The translations under genes were made by a program, and so were the position numbers. A stretch of DNA of 64,000 nucleotides from the NCBI GenBank assembly GCA_963754925.1, contig CAVWHX010000004.1, forward strand, positions 800,001 through 864,000. Reading direction: 5' to 3'. Numbering within the stretch: the first letter of the stretch is position 1; every line of letters starts with the position of its first letter. The DNA comes from an uncultured delta proteobacterium. Its GTDB lineage: Bacteria > Myxococcota > B64-G9. Below, in pieces: positions 8,700 to 20,727 of this stretch. Under the pieces are notes generated by a model. It did no database searches, was not told the DNA's origin, and was given only the letters and a program-made list of their open reading frames with translations.

Positions 8700-9877
8700 A
8701 CGTACGGCATCCTCACGGTGCGCTCAAGGGTCTGCTGCTGCTGCTGGCCCTCGTGTCCTCTGGCTGTGTTCACCGCCCATCTCTGAAGCCAGAGGCGGCG
8801 CGCAATGGAACGATATTCATGGAACCTCTTCAGATCCTCTCGCAGCCTGACCAAGAACTCGGCCTCAGCGTCTTTGACGCCGCCGTGCTGTTTCAGGAAG
8901 GATTGCGTTTTCAGGAGGCAAGCGAGTACGACCAAGCATTGCGCTACTACGAGCGCCTGCTCCGCGACTTTGGCGATTCACGCTATTATTCCGCCGCGGC
9001 ATTCAACGCTGGTCGATGCTATGAGGAGAAAAGCGACTGTGAAAACGCTGTCGGCCGCTTTGAGTTGATTCTTGATGCCTTGCCGCATTCAAAGGATTGG
9101 GTGAATGCGGCGTTTAGCGCGGCCGGCTGCCTCATTAAGCTTGAACGCCACGACCGGGCGGCGGCGCTGTATGCTCGGTTGCTCGAAAGGCCAGATCTTG
9201 CGACCGCTGATCGGATTGATGCTCAGGTTGCGCGCGGTGAGGAGCTGGTTGCAACGGGTGATCTCATCGAAGCCGAAAAAGCTTTTCGTGCCGCTTTGCA
9301 TCTCTACCGCGAACACGAACGTGATGAGTACCTTGATCCCGCGCCCGCCTCCCGGGCAGAATTTAACCTCGCAGAGCTGCTTACGCGCACCTTTCAGGCC
9401 GCCCCGCTGCGCCTGCCTGAAGATCAACTTGAGCGCGATCTTGAGGCTAAGGCGCTGGCATTGCTCGATGCCCAAAACAGCTACCTGCGGGCGATGCGCT
9501 TGGGCGACCCGGCCTGGGCTACGGCTTCCGGCTACCGCATCGGTCGGCTCTATATTGATTTTTATAACGCTTTGGACAACGCCCCCGTGCCAGCGGACCT
9601 GGCCGTTGAGGAAGTGAACACGTATCACCAGCTCCTCCGCCAGCGCCTTGGGGTATTGCTTAGAAAAGCATTAAAGGTATATGAGCTTACAATTCAACTG
9701 GCCGAGCGCACCCATGTCGACAATCAATGGACCGCCGCGGCTCGGCAAGAAATGACGTCGATCGAAGAGCAGGTCCTGTCGTTGCTTGAAGAAGCGGAGA
9801 AATCATCAAATAACGAAACCGAATCATCTGCTCCCGGTGCACTGAATCAAAACCAAGATCGGACAGACAACAAATAA
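8696..9877 (+). CDS. TPR-repeat lipoprotein
   Basis: Lipobox LVSSGC after a hydrophobic leader; several TPR-like helices (AAFNAGRCYE, AAALYARLL). Confidence 0.8.
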   Translation: MNVRHPHGALKGLLLLLALVSSGCVHRPSLKPEAARNGTIFMEPLQILSQPDQELGLSVFDAAVLFQEGLRFQEASEYDQALRYYERLLRDFGDSRYYSAAAFNAGRCYEEKSDCENAVGRFELILDALPHSKDWVNAAFSAAGCLIKLERHDRAAALYARLLERPDLATADRIDAQVARGEELVATGDLIEAEKAFRAALHLYREHERDEYLDPAPASRAEFNLAELLTRTFQAAPLRLPEDQLERDLEAKALALLDAQNSYLRAMRLGDPAWATASGYRIGRLYIDFYNALDNAPVPADLAVEEVNTYHQLLRQRLGVLLRKALKVYELTIQLAERTHVDNQWTAAARQEMTSIEEQVLSLLEEAEKSSNNETESSAPGALNQNQDRTDNK

Positions 9878-9935
9878 CAATTTAACCCCTAACCATTGCC
9901 GGTTGGGTTAATTGCTGAATGGATGCGGCGACACA

Positions 9936-10064
9936 GTCATTCCCGCAAAAGCGGGAATCCAGCAATGTTAAAACCTGGATCCCCGCCTTAGAGATTGTAG
10001 CGAGCGAAGCGAAACTAAGCGAGGCGTACAACCTCTTATCCCTTTAGGGGTGCGCGGGGATGAC
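9936..10064. repeat. Inverted REP doublet (GTCATYCCCGC-N4-GCGGGRATCCAG type); the second copy is interrupted by a 63-bp insertion
   Basis: GTCATTCCCGCAAAAGCGGGAATCCAG at 9936-9962. CTGGATCCCCGCC (9975-9987) plus TGCGCGGGGATGAC (10051-10064) rejoin into the exact 27-bp reverse-oriented unit. Confidence 0.85.
9988..10050 (+). mobile_element. 63-bp hairpin mini-element (TTAG...TATCCC-TTTA-GGGG) inserted in a REP with no target-site duplication
   Basis: TTA-GAGATTGTA...GAGCGAAGCGA...TACAACCTC-TTA-TCCC-TTTA-GGGG. Excision restores the REP, and the same architecture recurs at 16271, 52876 and 53578. Confidence 0.7.
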
Positions 10065-10116
10065 TTTCCAGTCTATATCACTGCTTACTCTATTCGCATT
10101 GTTCAAGGACAACTAA

Positions 10117-10632
10117 CTACTGTTTAGTCAGATTTCGGGGAAGATTTTGGATAAAGTCCCGCACGAGGTTTTGTTGGCTTGGCTGATCAAGCGTCTTGCT
10201 CAGCAAATGACCGGCCGCCGAGAGCGCCAGATCGACTGCTTGCGTGCGTACCGCCTCGACTGCTCGGTTACGTTCTTCATCGATTTGCATCTTGGCGCGC
10301 GCAACTTGATCGTCTGCTTCGCGACGCGCCTTCTCGACCATCTCGGCTGCAATCTTATCGGCGTCGACGCGGGCGCGCTTGAGGAATTCAGCGGATTCCA
10401 AGCGTTGCTTGGCGACCAAATCTTTTTGCTCTGCCAGCAGCCGCTCGGATTCAGTTTTAGCCGCATCGGCCTTTTGTAACGAGTCACGGATGCGCGCTTC
10501 ACGATCATGAAGCATGCTCAGGACCGGCTTCCAGGCAAGTTTCTTGAGCACCACCAATAAAACTACAAAGATGATCAGCGTCCAGATCATAATCCCTGGG
10601 TTGATCTGCTCCGTCATAAAATCAAAATTCAT
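10117..10632 (-). CDS. atpF: F0F1 ATP synthase subunit b
   Basis: INPGIMIWTLIIFVVLLVVLKKLAWKPVLSMLHDREARI, followed by a coiled coil. Confidence 0.95.
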   Translation of the reverse strand: MNFDFMTEQINPGIMIWTLIIFVVLLVVLKKLAWKPVLSMLHDREARIRDSLQKADAAKTESERLLAEQKDLVAKQRLESAEFLKRARVDADKIAAEMVEKARREADDQVARAKMQIDEERNRAVEAVRTQAVDLALSAAGHLLSKTLDQPSQQNLVRDFIQNLPRNLTKQ

Positions 10633-10668
10633 GGCAGACCTCTCTCCCCTGACTCTGGTGACATCGGC

Positions 10669-10896
10669 CTATTTGAAAGCCAACAAAATGCAAACCACCT
10701 CAGCAAAGAGGGTAACACCTTCAATCAACGCGGCGGCGATGATCATGGTCGTCCGAATTTCATTAAGTACCGAGGGTTGCCGCGCGCTGCCATGCATAGC
10801 GCCTTCAGCCAGACGGCCAATGCCATAGCCGCCACCGATCACTGCCAACCCTGCTCCAAGTCCCGCTCCTAAATGCGCAAGTATCAAGCCGGTCAT
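10669..10896 (-). CDS. atpE: F0F1 ATP synthase subunit c
   Basis: GAGLAVIGGGYGIG...ARQP...IIAAALIEGV (ion-binding Glu). Confidence 0.96.
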   Translation of the reverse strand: MTGLILAHLGAGLGAGLAVIGGGYGIGRLAEGAMHGSARQPSVLNEIRTTMIIAAALIEGVTLFAEVVCILLAFK

Positions 10897-10934
10897 GCTC
10901 CTGCCTCCTTAAAAGAAAAGAACAACGGTGATTT

Positions 10935-11730
10935 TCAATGCTCCCCCGCCACTAACAAGCCCATAAAGAGCGAGGTAAGCATGGTGAAGATGTATGCCTG
11001 CAAAAAAGCCACAAAGAGCTCCAGTAAATACATGAACACGCAAAACGCCACTGACAGGGGAAATACCCAGGAAACTCATTACAAAAATGAGTCCTATCAG
11101 ACTAATAATAACCACGTGCCCCGCCACCATATTGGCGAAAAGACGAATGCACAGGGCAAACGGTTTAGCGAAGACGCCCATGAGTTCTACCAAGAACATG
11201 ATCGGCGATAACCACCACGGCACCCCCGGCGGAACCAAATGCTTTAGATAGCCACCGACACCGAGTTTACGGATACCGGCGTACTGAATTATCAGGAAGG
11301 ACATAAATGCCAAGCTCGCGGTGATGCTGACATAACCGGTTGCCGAAGACCCGTAGGGAACCAGGCCGAGCAAGTTGCAGGTCAAAATAAAAAAGAACGT
11401 CGTGCAGAGATAGGGAGTATATTTCTCAGCGGCATGGTGGCCCATGGTGGCCTCAGCCACATCCTGCTTGATGAACAACACAAACGACTCTACCAAGTTG
11501 GTGAATCCTCGTGGCACCAGCTGCAAGCGGCTGCGCACTAAGATACCCATAATGATAAGCAATACTGAAGCGATAAGCATCATCAAAACGTTTTTGGAAA
11601 TAGAGAGTCCCGAAATATCTATGCCAAAAAGGGTATCGTATTGATGGTTCATAAACACGTGCTCGAGAATAAAATTCCCGACTCTCTGACCCATTGATCC
11701 CGTTTCTTCCACTGCATGCTCAACTGACAT
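10935..11730 (-). CDS. atpB: F0F1 ATP synthase subunit a; frameshift near 11055, likely an artefact
   Basis: [24 protein letters not shown]. The alternative frame after ~11055 gives the expected [29 protein letters not shown]. Confidence 0.93.
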
Positions 11731-12166
11731 GGCTGGCCGCTCCTTCGGCAGCAACGGTGGCCACGCGTCGCGCGGCCACGAACAACCCGCCGATCTCGAT
11801 GGTTAGAAAAATAAATACTCCGCCAAGCAAACCGACCACAAATCCCATCGGATCCAAAAAATTGGTGGTAATAACCACGATGGCGATCGCCAATGCGACT
11901 AATTGGCGAACCGCCATACCACCCAGCACGTATTTTATGAACACTTTTCCATCAGTATCGCGCAACGCTTTGCGGGCAGCCCACCACCCGCTGACGCCTA
12001 ACACGCTTGCAATCAACCAACCAGGTACTGCTGCCGGCGCCCATGCCACCTGAAGCATACCAGCCAGGGCGACAAAGGCCATTATGCCCAGGGCCGTCAC
12101 ACTAAGCAGCATGAGGAGGGTTCCACGACCGGGACCCGGCGATCCGATCGTGCGCACATCATTCAT
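11720..12166 (-). CDS. ATP synthase accessory membrane protein (AtpI-like)
   Basis: Four hydrophobic segments; position immediately upstream of atpB. Confidence 0.65.
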   Translation of the reverse strand: MNDVRTIGSPGPGRGTLLMLLSVTALGIMAFVALAGMLQVAWAPAAVPGWLIASVLGVSGWWAARKALRDTDGKVFIKYVLGGMAVRQLVALAIAIVVITTNFLDPMGFVVGLLGGVFIFLTIEIGGLFVAARRVATVAAEGAASHVS

Positions 12167-12384
12167 CTTTCGACTGCTCCTTCCTCAGGACTACCTTAAA
12201 GAACTCATAGAAGCCTGAGACAATACCCAACAGACAACCTGCCAGTAACAACCATGGCTCAGTTCCAAGCTTTTTATCCAGCCAATGTCCAAAGAGCATT
12301 CCCAACACCAAACAGCTAGCAAATATAGCGCCCAAGTTTAATGTACGGCGCTATTTTTCTTATTGAGTCGGATCCTTTGGCCAT
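12159..12384 (-). CDS. AtpZ/AtpI-family small membrane protein; extra base near 12338; absent from the ORF track
   Basis: After removing one A: MAKGSDSIRKIAPYINLGAIFASCLVLGMLFGHWLDKKLGTEPWLLLAGCLLGIVSGFYEFFK... The GxWLDxxxGTxPW signature is present, with an AAGGAG RBS. Confidence 0.85.
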
Positions 12385-12498
12385 CGCTCCTTCCTATCAG
12401 CGACTCGCCTCATACCATATCGTTGACCCGTGAATCAACATTTTTTTGTTAATCAACTAACAATTTGTTAAAATTCAGTTTTTAGGCAGTTTGTACTA

Positions 12499-13605
12499 TT
12501 AACCACCATTTGAACTAGTTGTTGATGTGACGGGTGATGATTCGGGCGCCGACGGTCTTGAATTCTTTTCAACCTGTGGTTGCTTCTCTGCATCCGTCGC
12601 TTCAGGCTTCTCCGGTTTGGCCGGCTGTGCTCCGGGCGCCAGCGTTTTTGTCGCTGGGTCTGATCCAGTCGCCGGTGTGGAAACGGGGGAAGCTTTGGGG
12701 GCGGCTAGTGCAGGTTTTTCGAGAGGGGCGGCCTTTGGTTTGGTTTTGGGTACCGGGCCATCGGCCTTCGGTGCCGGCTGCGATCCCGAGCGCTTCGGTG
12801 CGTCGAGCTCTGCAAATCGTTCTCTGAGATTCGATAACTGCGCTTGTACCAGATCGGGACGAGGATGCTTTTTGAGCGCCTCGAGCAGGGCCTTTTCAGC
12901 CTTCGGAATATCGCCGAGCTCCTGGTAGCAGAGGCCGAGCTCAAACTGGGCGCGGGCACGCAACTCGGGGTCTGGGTTGGAGTCAAGTAACTCCTGATAC
13001 GCCTCAATCGCTTCGGGGTAGCGTCCCTCCACCGAAAACGAGTTGGCGATGAGCAGGCGGGCCAGAGCCGCAATCGCTCCGTGATCCTTTTTCTGCAAAA
13101 GAACCTTGGCCTCAACGCGGGCCTGGTTAAAGTCCCGAAGGAGGAAATAGCATTGTGCGCCGCGATATTGATACTCACCGATATCCTCGCGGAGCGGAAA
13201 CACGCTGACCAATCGCTCGATCTCTTCAACCGCCGCACGATAGTCCATGAGCCGCTCCTGATAGATGGTGACTATCTCGCGCTGGGCATCGAAGGCAAAG
13301 GGCGCTTCGGGATCTATCTTGAGCGCCTCGTGAAAGCGCGCGACGGCTCGTCGCGGCTGATTCAAATAGAGATGCTCGATCTGCGCGGCCTGGTAGAGCG
13401 CCCGCGCCTGCATCCGAACCGCGTCAGGTTGTGGTGACGACTTTAATTCAGAGGCGATCGCCAAATAGAGACTCTCGGCCTCCTCGTAGCGATTCTCAAA
13501 CAAGAGACCGATGCCTTGTTTGAAACGATCCTCGACGCTTCCTGAACAGCAGACGACCAAGAACCCCACCACCGCAAGCCACCCTGTCAGGCCTCGGTAC
13601 TTCAC
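12499..13605 (-). CDS. TPR-repeat lipoprotein with Pro/Ala/Lys-rich C-terminal tail
   Basis: Leader ending LVVCCSG; repeated TPR motifs ([13 protein letters not shown]); overlaps the gyrA stop. Confidence 0.8.
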   Translation of the reverse strand: MKYRGLTGWLAVVGFLVVCCSGSVEDRFKQGIGLLFENRYEEAESLYLAIASELKSSPQPDAVRMQARALYQAAQIEHLYLNQPRRAVARFHEALKIDPEAPFAFDAQREIVTIYQERLMDYRAAVEEIERLVSVFPLREDIGEYQYRGAQCYFLLRDFNQARVEAKVLLQKKDHGAIAALARLLIANSFSVEGRYPEAIEAYQELLDSNPDPELRARAQFELGLCYQELGDIPKAEKALLEALKKHPRPDLVQAQLSNLRERFAELDAPKRSGSQPAPKADGPVPKTKPKAAPLEKPALAAPKASPVSTPATGSDPATKTLAPGAQPAKPEKPEATDAEKQPQVEKNSRPSAPESSPVTSTTSSNGG

Positions 13606-16223
13606 GCAGCCGCTCCTCCCCCGTCGTCGTCACCATCGCTGGGTTCTGAATCTTTTTCCGGCGCATCGGCGTCGCCGGTATCTTCTTCCTCGTCGGGAAC
13701 GAGCGGTATGCCCTCACCCTGTTCAGGCGCGGGGGCCGCTGTCGCAGCCTCCCCGTTCTCATCGGTCCCGGTGCCCGAAGCCTCGTCATCGCTCTCGCGT
13801 TCGACCAATCGAGCGAAGGAGACCATTCGCTCGCCCTCTTTGACATCAATCAAACGCACCCCGATGGTATCGCGGCCCAAGATAGGAATGCCCTTGACCT
13901 GCGTACGGATCACCATCCCGCCGTCGGTGATCAGCATGACGTCGTCGTCGGCCTTGACCTGCATGGTGCCAATCACCGGCCCATTCTTGTCAGTCACCCG
14001 GCAGGTCTTGACCCCGACGCCGCCGCGCGCGGTGAGCCGGTACTGATCGAGCTCGGATCGTTTGCCGTAGCCATGTTCGGTTACCGTCAGGATCACCGCG
14101 CCGGGATCGACCACTTCCATAGAGACCACCCGATCGTCTTTGCGCAAGCGGATCCCGCGCACCCCGTGCGCAATCCGACCCATGGTGCGAACATCCTTCT
14201 CGCCAAAACGGCAAGCCATTCCCAAGCGGGTGCCTATCAACACCTCCTGCTGACCGTTGGTGAGGCGCGCGGCGATAATTTGATCGCCCTCCTCCACCCC
14301 CATCGCGATAAGCCCGGAGACATTGATGTTGGCATACGCGGAGAGTTCGGTCTTCTTGATGGTGCCGCGCTCGGTGACCATGACCAAATGGTGGTTGGCC
14401 AACTCGGTAAACGACACCACCGGCACGATGGAAGCCACCTGCTCACCGGGCTGCAGCCGAACCAAGTTGACGATCGGCGTGCCGCGCCCGGCTGGGCCGG
14501 ATTCGGGCACTTCGTGAACCTTCAGGGCATAGGCCCGCCCCGTTTTGGTGATCACCAGAATCGTGGCATGGGTCGATGCCACGAACAGATTTTCGACAAA
14601 GTCCTCAGCGCGGGTATTCATCCCGCTGCGACCCTTACCCCCCCGGCGCTGACGCCGGTAGAGGTTGATCTGGCTGCGCTTTACGTAGGAGGCGTGGCTG
14701 ATGGTCACGACATGGTCCTCATCCACCAGCAGATCCTCCAGCGTAATCTCCTTCGTCTCGCCGACAATGGCGGTGCGCCGCTCGTCGCGGTAGCGCTCGC
14801 CCACCTCGCGAAGCTCGGAGGCCACCACCTCCATGAGTTTGGCCACGTCGTCGAGGATAGCGGTGAGGCGCGCTATCTCGGCGCGTACCTCCGTCAGCTC
14901 AGCGGCAATCTTGTCGCGCTCAAGGCCGGTCAAACGCTGCAGGCGCATCTCCAAAATGGCCTGGGCCTGTCGTTCGCTCAAAGAAAAGCGTTCAATCAAA
15001 CCCCGCTTGGCTTCATCGGGGTCGCGGGCCGCGCGGATCAGGGCGATCACCTGGTCGAGCTGCGAAAGCGCTATCTGCAGCCCTTCGAGGATGTGGGCCC
15101 GATCGCGGTTTTGCGCCAGATCGAACACGCAGCGGCGGCGGATGACCTCACGCCGGTGGGCGATATAGTGTTCGAGCATCTCTTTGAGGTTGAGCACGCG
15201 CGGCTGGCCGCCGACGATCGCCAATAGGATCACCCCAAACGAGCTCTGCAAGGGGGTATGTTTATAGAGCCCGTTGAGCACCACCTCGGCCACCGCGTCG
15301 CGGCGTAGTTCGATCACGACGCGCAGGCCGTCCCGATCGCTTTCATCGCGCAGGTCAGAGATGCCCTGAAGTTTTTTGTCGCGCACCAACTCAGCGATGC
15401 GCTCAACCAAGCGGGCTTTATTGACTTGATAGGGAATCTCGGTGACGACAATGCTCTGCCGGCCGGATTTCGGCTCTACCTCGATAGCGGCGCGCGCGCG
15501 CACGTTGAGGATGCCGCGGCCGGTTTGGTAGGCTTGCACAATGCCGTCCGTGCCGTGGATCACCCCGGCGGTGGGAAAATCCGGCCCGGGGATGAACTTC
15601 ATCAAATCAGCGATGCTGGTCTTTGGCTCACGAATAAGATGCAGCGTTGCGTCAATCACCTCGCCCAAATTATGCGGCGGGATATTGGTGGCCATGCCCA
15701 CGGCAATGCCGGTTGAGCCGTTGACCAGCAGGTTAGGAAAACGACCGGGCAGGACCGTGGGCTCCTCGGTCGAGCTATCAAAGTTGGGTACAAAATCGAC
15801 TGTCTGCCTATCAATATCGGAGAGCAGCTCCTCGGCAAGTTGATACAAACGCGATTCGGTATATCGGTAGGCTGCGGGCGGATCGCCGTCGATTGAGCCA
15901 AAATTACCCTGGCCGTTGACCAAGGGGTAGCGCATGTTCCAGTCTTGCGCCATGCGCACCAACGAGTCGTAGACAGCCGCGTCGCCATGCGGATGGTACT
16001 TCTTAAGCACCTCGCCGACCACGCCGGCGCACTTGGAGAACTTCTTGTTGTGGAGGAGTCCCTCAGAGTACATCGCGAACAGAATGCGCCGGTGCACCGG
16101 CTTGAGTCCGTCGCGCACATCCGGCAGCGCCCGCCCAATGATGACGCTCATGGCGTAATCCAGGTAGGACGAACGCATCTCGTCTTCGATGTTGACTAAC
16201 ACGTGTTTGGCTGTTTCGCTCAT
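13602..16223 (-). CDS. gyrA: DNA gyrase subunit A
   Basis: [29 protein letters not shown], GyrA-box QRRGGKG, acidic tail. Confidence 0.99.
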   Translation of the reverse strand: MSETAKHVLVNIEDEMRSSYLDYAMSVIIGRALPDVRDGLKPVHRRILFAMYSEGLLHNKKFSKCAGVVGEVLKKYHPHGDAAVYDSLVRMAQDWNMRYPLVNGQGNFGSIDGDPPAAYRYTESRLYQLAEELLSDIDRQTVDFVPNFDSSTEEPTVLPGRFPNLLVNGSTGIAVGMATNIPPHNLGEVIDATLHLIREPKTSIADLMKFIPGPDFPTAGVIHGTDGIVQAYQTGRGILNVRARAAIEVEPKSGRQSIVVTEIPYQVNKARLVERIAELVRDKKLQGISDLRDESDRDGLRVVIELRRDAVAEVVLNGLYKHTPLQSSFGVILLAIVGGQPRVLNLKEMLEHYIAHRREVIRRRCVFDLAQNRDRAHILEGLQIALSQLDQVIALIRAARDPDEAKRGLIERFSLSERQAQAILEMRLQRLTGLERDKIAAELTEVRAEIARLTAILDDVAKLMEVVASELREVGERYRDERRTAIVGETKEITLEDLLVDEDHVVTISHASYVKRSQINLYRRQRRGGKGRSGMNTRAEDFVENLFVASTHATILVITKTGRAYALKVHEVPESGPAGRGTPIVNLVRLQPGEQVASIVPVVSFTELANHHLVMVTERGTIKKTELSAYANINVSGLIAMGVEEGDQIIAARLTNGQQEVLIGTRLGMACRFGEKDVRTMGRIAHGVRGIRLRKDDRVVSMEVVDPGAVILTVTEHGYGKRSELDQYRLTARGGVGVKTCRVTDKNGPVIGTMQVKADDDVMLITDGGMVIRTQVKGIPILGRDTIGVRLIDVKEGERMVSFARLVERESDDEASGTGTDENGEAATAAPAPEQGEGIPLVPDEEEDTGDADAPEKDSEPSDGDDDGGGAAA

Positions 16224-16270
16224 GACCCTCTACGATCGTTTCATTCTTGCGTTGCCAACTATCTCTTTAT

Positions 16271-16354
16271 CCCCGAAGGGATAGGCGTTCCTAAGCCTCG
16301 CTGCGCTCGGCTAAGGATCGCCTAAGCCTCGCTGCGCTCGGCAAGGAGCTCTTA
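16271..16354 (-). repeat. Tandem or nested hairpin mini-elements between fabH and gyrA, including an exact 22-bp direct repeat
   Basis: Minus strand TAAGAGCTCCTTGCCGAGCGCAGCGAGGC-TTAGGCGATCCTTAGCCGAGCGCAGCGAGGCTTAGGAACGCC-TA-TCCC-TTC-GGGG. CCTAAGCCTCGCTGCGCTCGGC occurs at 16290-16311 and 16321-16342. The element begins at the fabH TAA. Confidence 0.8.
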
Positions 16355-17350
16355 CCATCTTACCAGTGCGCTCGCCCAGGTGAAGCCGGCGCCAAAGGAC
16401 GCCAAGAGGACCAGATCGCCGCGGCTGAGCTTGCCTTCGCGCTCGGCGTCGTACAGGGCAAGCGGGATGCTCGCCGCGGTGGTATTGCCAAGCCGCTTGA
16501 TGTTGTGGAAAATCCGGTCGGGCGGCAGGCCGAGCTGTTTAGCCACCGCCTCGTTGATCCGCTGATTGGCCTGGTGCGGCACCAGCAGCCGGATGTCCCC
16601 AAGCTGTAGGTTGTTTTGTTTCAACGCCTCGTGAATCACTTCCGGCATGTGCCGAACCGCCGCGGTGAAAACGTGCCGGCCGTTCATCTGCGGGAACTGT
16701 CTACCCTCTTCGAGCATTTCTTTGGTAATGCGCAGGGGATAGTAACACGACCCCGGCGAATCGAGCCACAGAGCCTTGGCAAAGCGCCCGTCGGCGTGCA
16801 GATGCGTGGAGAGCACGCCGCGCCCAGTATCTTCAGTCGCACCGAGCACCACCGCACCAGCGCCATCACCAAACAGACAGGCTACATCACGGCCGCGGGT
16901 GCTGATATCGAGCCCGGTCGAGTGCACCTCCGTCCCGACCAGAAGAACATGCCGGTATTGACCGGTTTTGATCCACGCGTCGGCGATGCTGAGACCGTAC
17001 AGAAACCCGCTGCACTGGTTGCGTACATCCAAAGCCGGAACACCGGGCAACCCCAAGCGCGCCTGCAAAAAGCACCCGGTCCCCGGAAACTCGTGCTCGG
17101 GCGATAAACTGGCTAAGATGATCGCGTCTATCTCGCTGAGCGCCACCGAGGATTGCTCGCACGCCTCGCGCGCGGCCTTCTCGGCAAGCTCGCTGGGCGC
17201 CGTCTCTTCCGAGATCCAGTGTCGTTCGCGGATTCCCGTGCGCTCAAAAATCCATTCGTCGCTGGTGTCCATCCACTGAGTGAGATCCTGATTGGTGACC
17301 ACGCGATCAGGTACGTAGCGGCCCACACCGAGAAAGACTGTCCTTTTCAT
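16352..17350 (-). CDS. fabH: Beta-ketoacyl-ACP synthase III
   Basis: DTSDEWIFERTGIRER, NQCSGF (Cys), LFGDGAGA, PHQAN (His), GNTTAASIP (Asn). Confidence 0.93.
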   Translation of the reverse strand: MKRTVFLGVGRYVPDRVVTNQDLTQWMDTSDEWIFERTGIRERHWISEETAPSELAEKAAREACEQSSVALSEIDAIILASLSPEHEFPGTGCFLQARLGLPGVPALDVRNQCSGFLYGLSIADAWIKTGQYRHVLLVGTEVHSTGLDISTRGRDVACLFGDGAGAVVLGATEDTGRGVLSTHLHADGRFAKALWLDSPGSCYYPLRITKEMLEEGRQFPQMNGRHVFTAAVRHMPEVIHEALKQNNLQLGDIRLLVPHQANQRINEAVAKQLGLPPDRIFHNIKRLGNTTAASIPLALYDAEREGKLSRGDLVLLASFGAGFTWASALVRW

Positions 17351-17380
17351 GGGTTGCTCCTATCCTTCCGCGGCGTCGGA

Positions 17381-19867
<2,487 letters not shown>

Positions 19868-19949
19868 TCAAAACAAGGCAGGTAACGCTACCATGAGCCC
19901 CGTATCATGTAAAGAAAAATCACCAATCTAACTATTGTATAAGTTATTG

Positions 19950-20721
19950 TTAATTATTGTTATTTTCAACGTTATCGCTTTGAGAAGTCTGCCTTGCGAG
20001 CCTACGCTTTTCGACTATACGGGCGGCTAACACGCCGAGCTCGAAAAGGACATACATGGGAATGGCCATGATGGATTGATTGACTACGTCAGGGGTTGGG
20101 GTTGCGATGGCGGCGACGATGAAAACGCCCAAAAAAACATACTTACGATACTTGGCAAAGGTAGCCGCCTTGATTATGCCGAGCCATGAAAGCGCCACGA
20201 CGACCATTGGCGTCTCAAACACCAATCCAAACATAATCAAAAACATAGCTGCGCCGGAAAGGTATGAGCTCAACGCGAGCATTAAGCGGGTATTATCGAC
20301 CATTTGACTGACGGAGAACTCAACGGCCGCAGGCAGCACCAGAAAGTAGCTAAAGAGAACGCCGCCTAAAAAGAACAGGATCATACAGCCGACAACCGGT
20401 ATGGCAAAGCGACGCTCATTCGGATAAAGGGCTGGTGAGATAAACCACCATATCTGGTGGAACACCACGGGACAGGCCAGAATAATCCCACCGATTAATC
20501 CAAGCTTTAAGCCGATAGAAGATGGGTTCAAAGATTCCCAGATAGACCGGTTGGCTGTTGCTGGGGAACTTATTTTGGATTGGCAACCGCAACAGCCAAT
20601 CAAGAGTATCGCTGAAGTACAGTGCAACAACGCAACCGACGAGGAGCGCTACTCCTGATACGATCAGGACCCGTCGCAGTTCATTAAGGTGGCCGAGGAG
20701 GCTAAGGTTCTTTTCATTCAC
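19950..20721 (-). CDS. tatC: Twin-arginine translocase subunit TatC; extra base near 20507
   Basis: LLGHLNELRRVL (frame of 20416..20721) joins HQIWWFISPALYPNER, FETP, AAIATPTPD (frame of 19950..20630). Confidence 0.93.
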
Positions 20722-20727
20722 AGTGCC

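Noticed and set aside
16290..16342. 22-bp exact direct repeat as a CRISPR remnant
   Set aside because: Only two copies with a 9-bp gap and no cas genes; explained by tandem hairpin elements.
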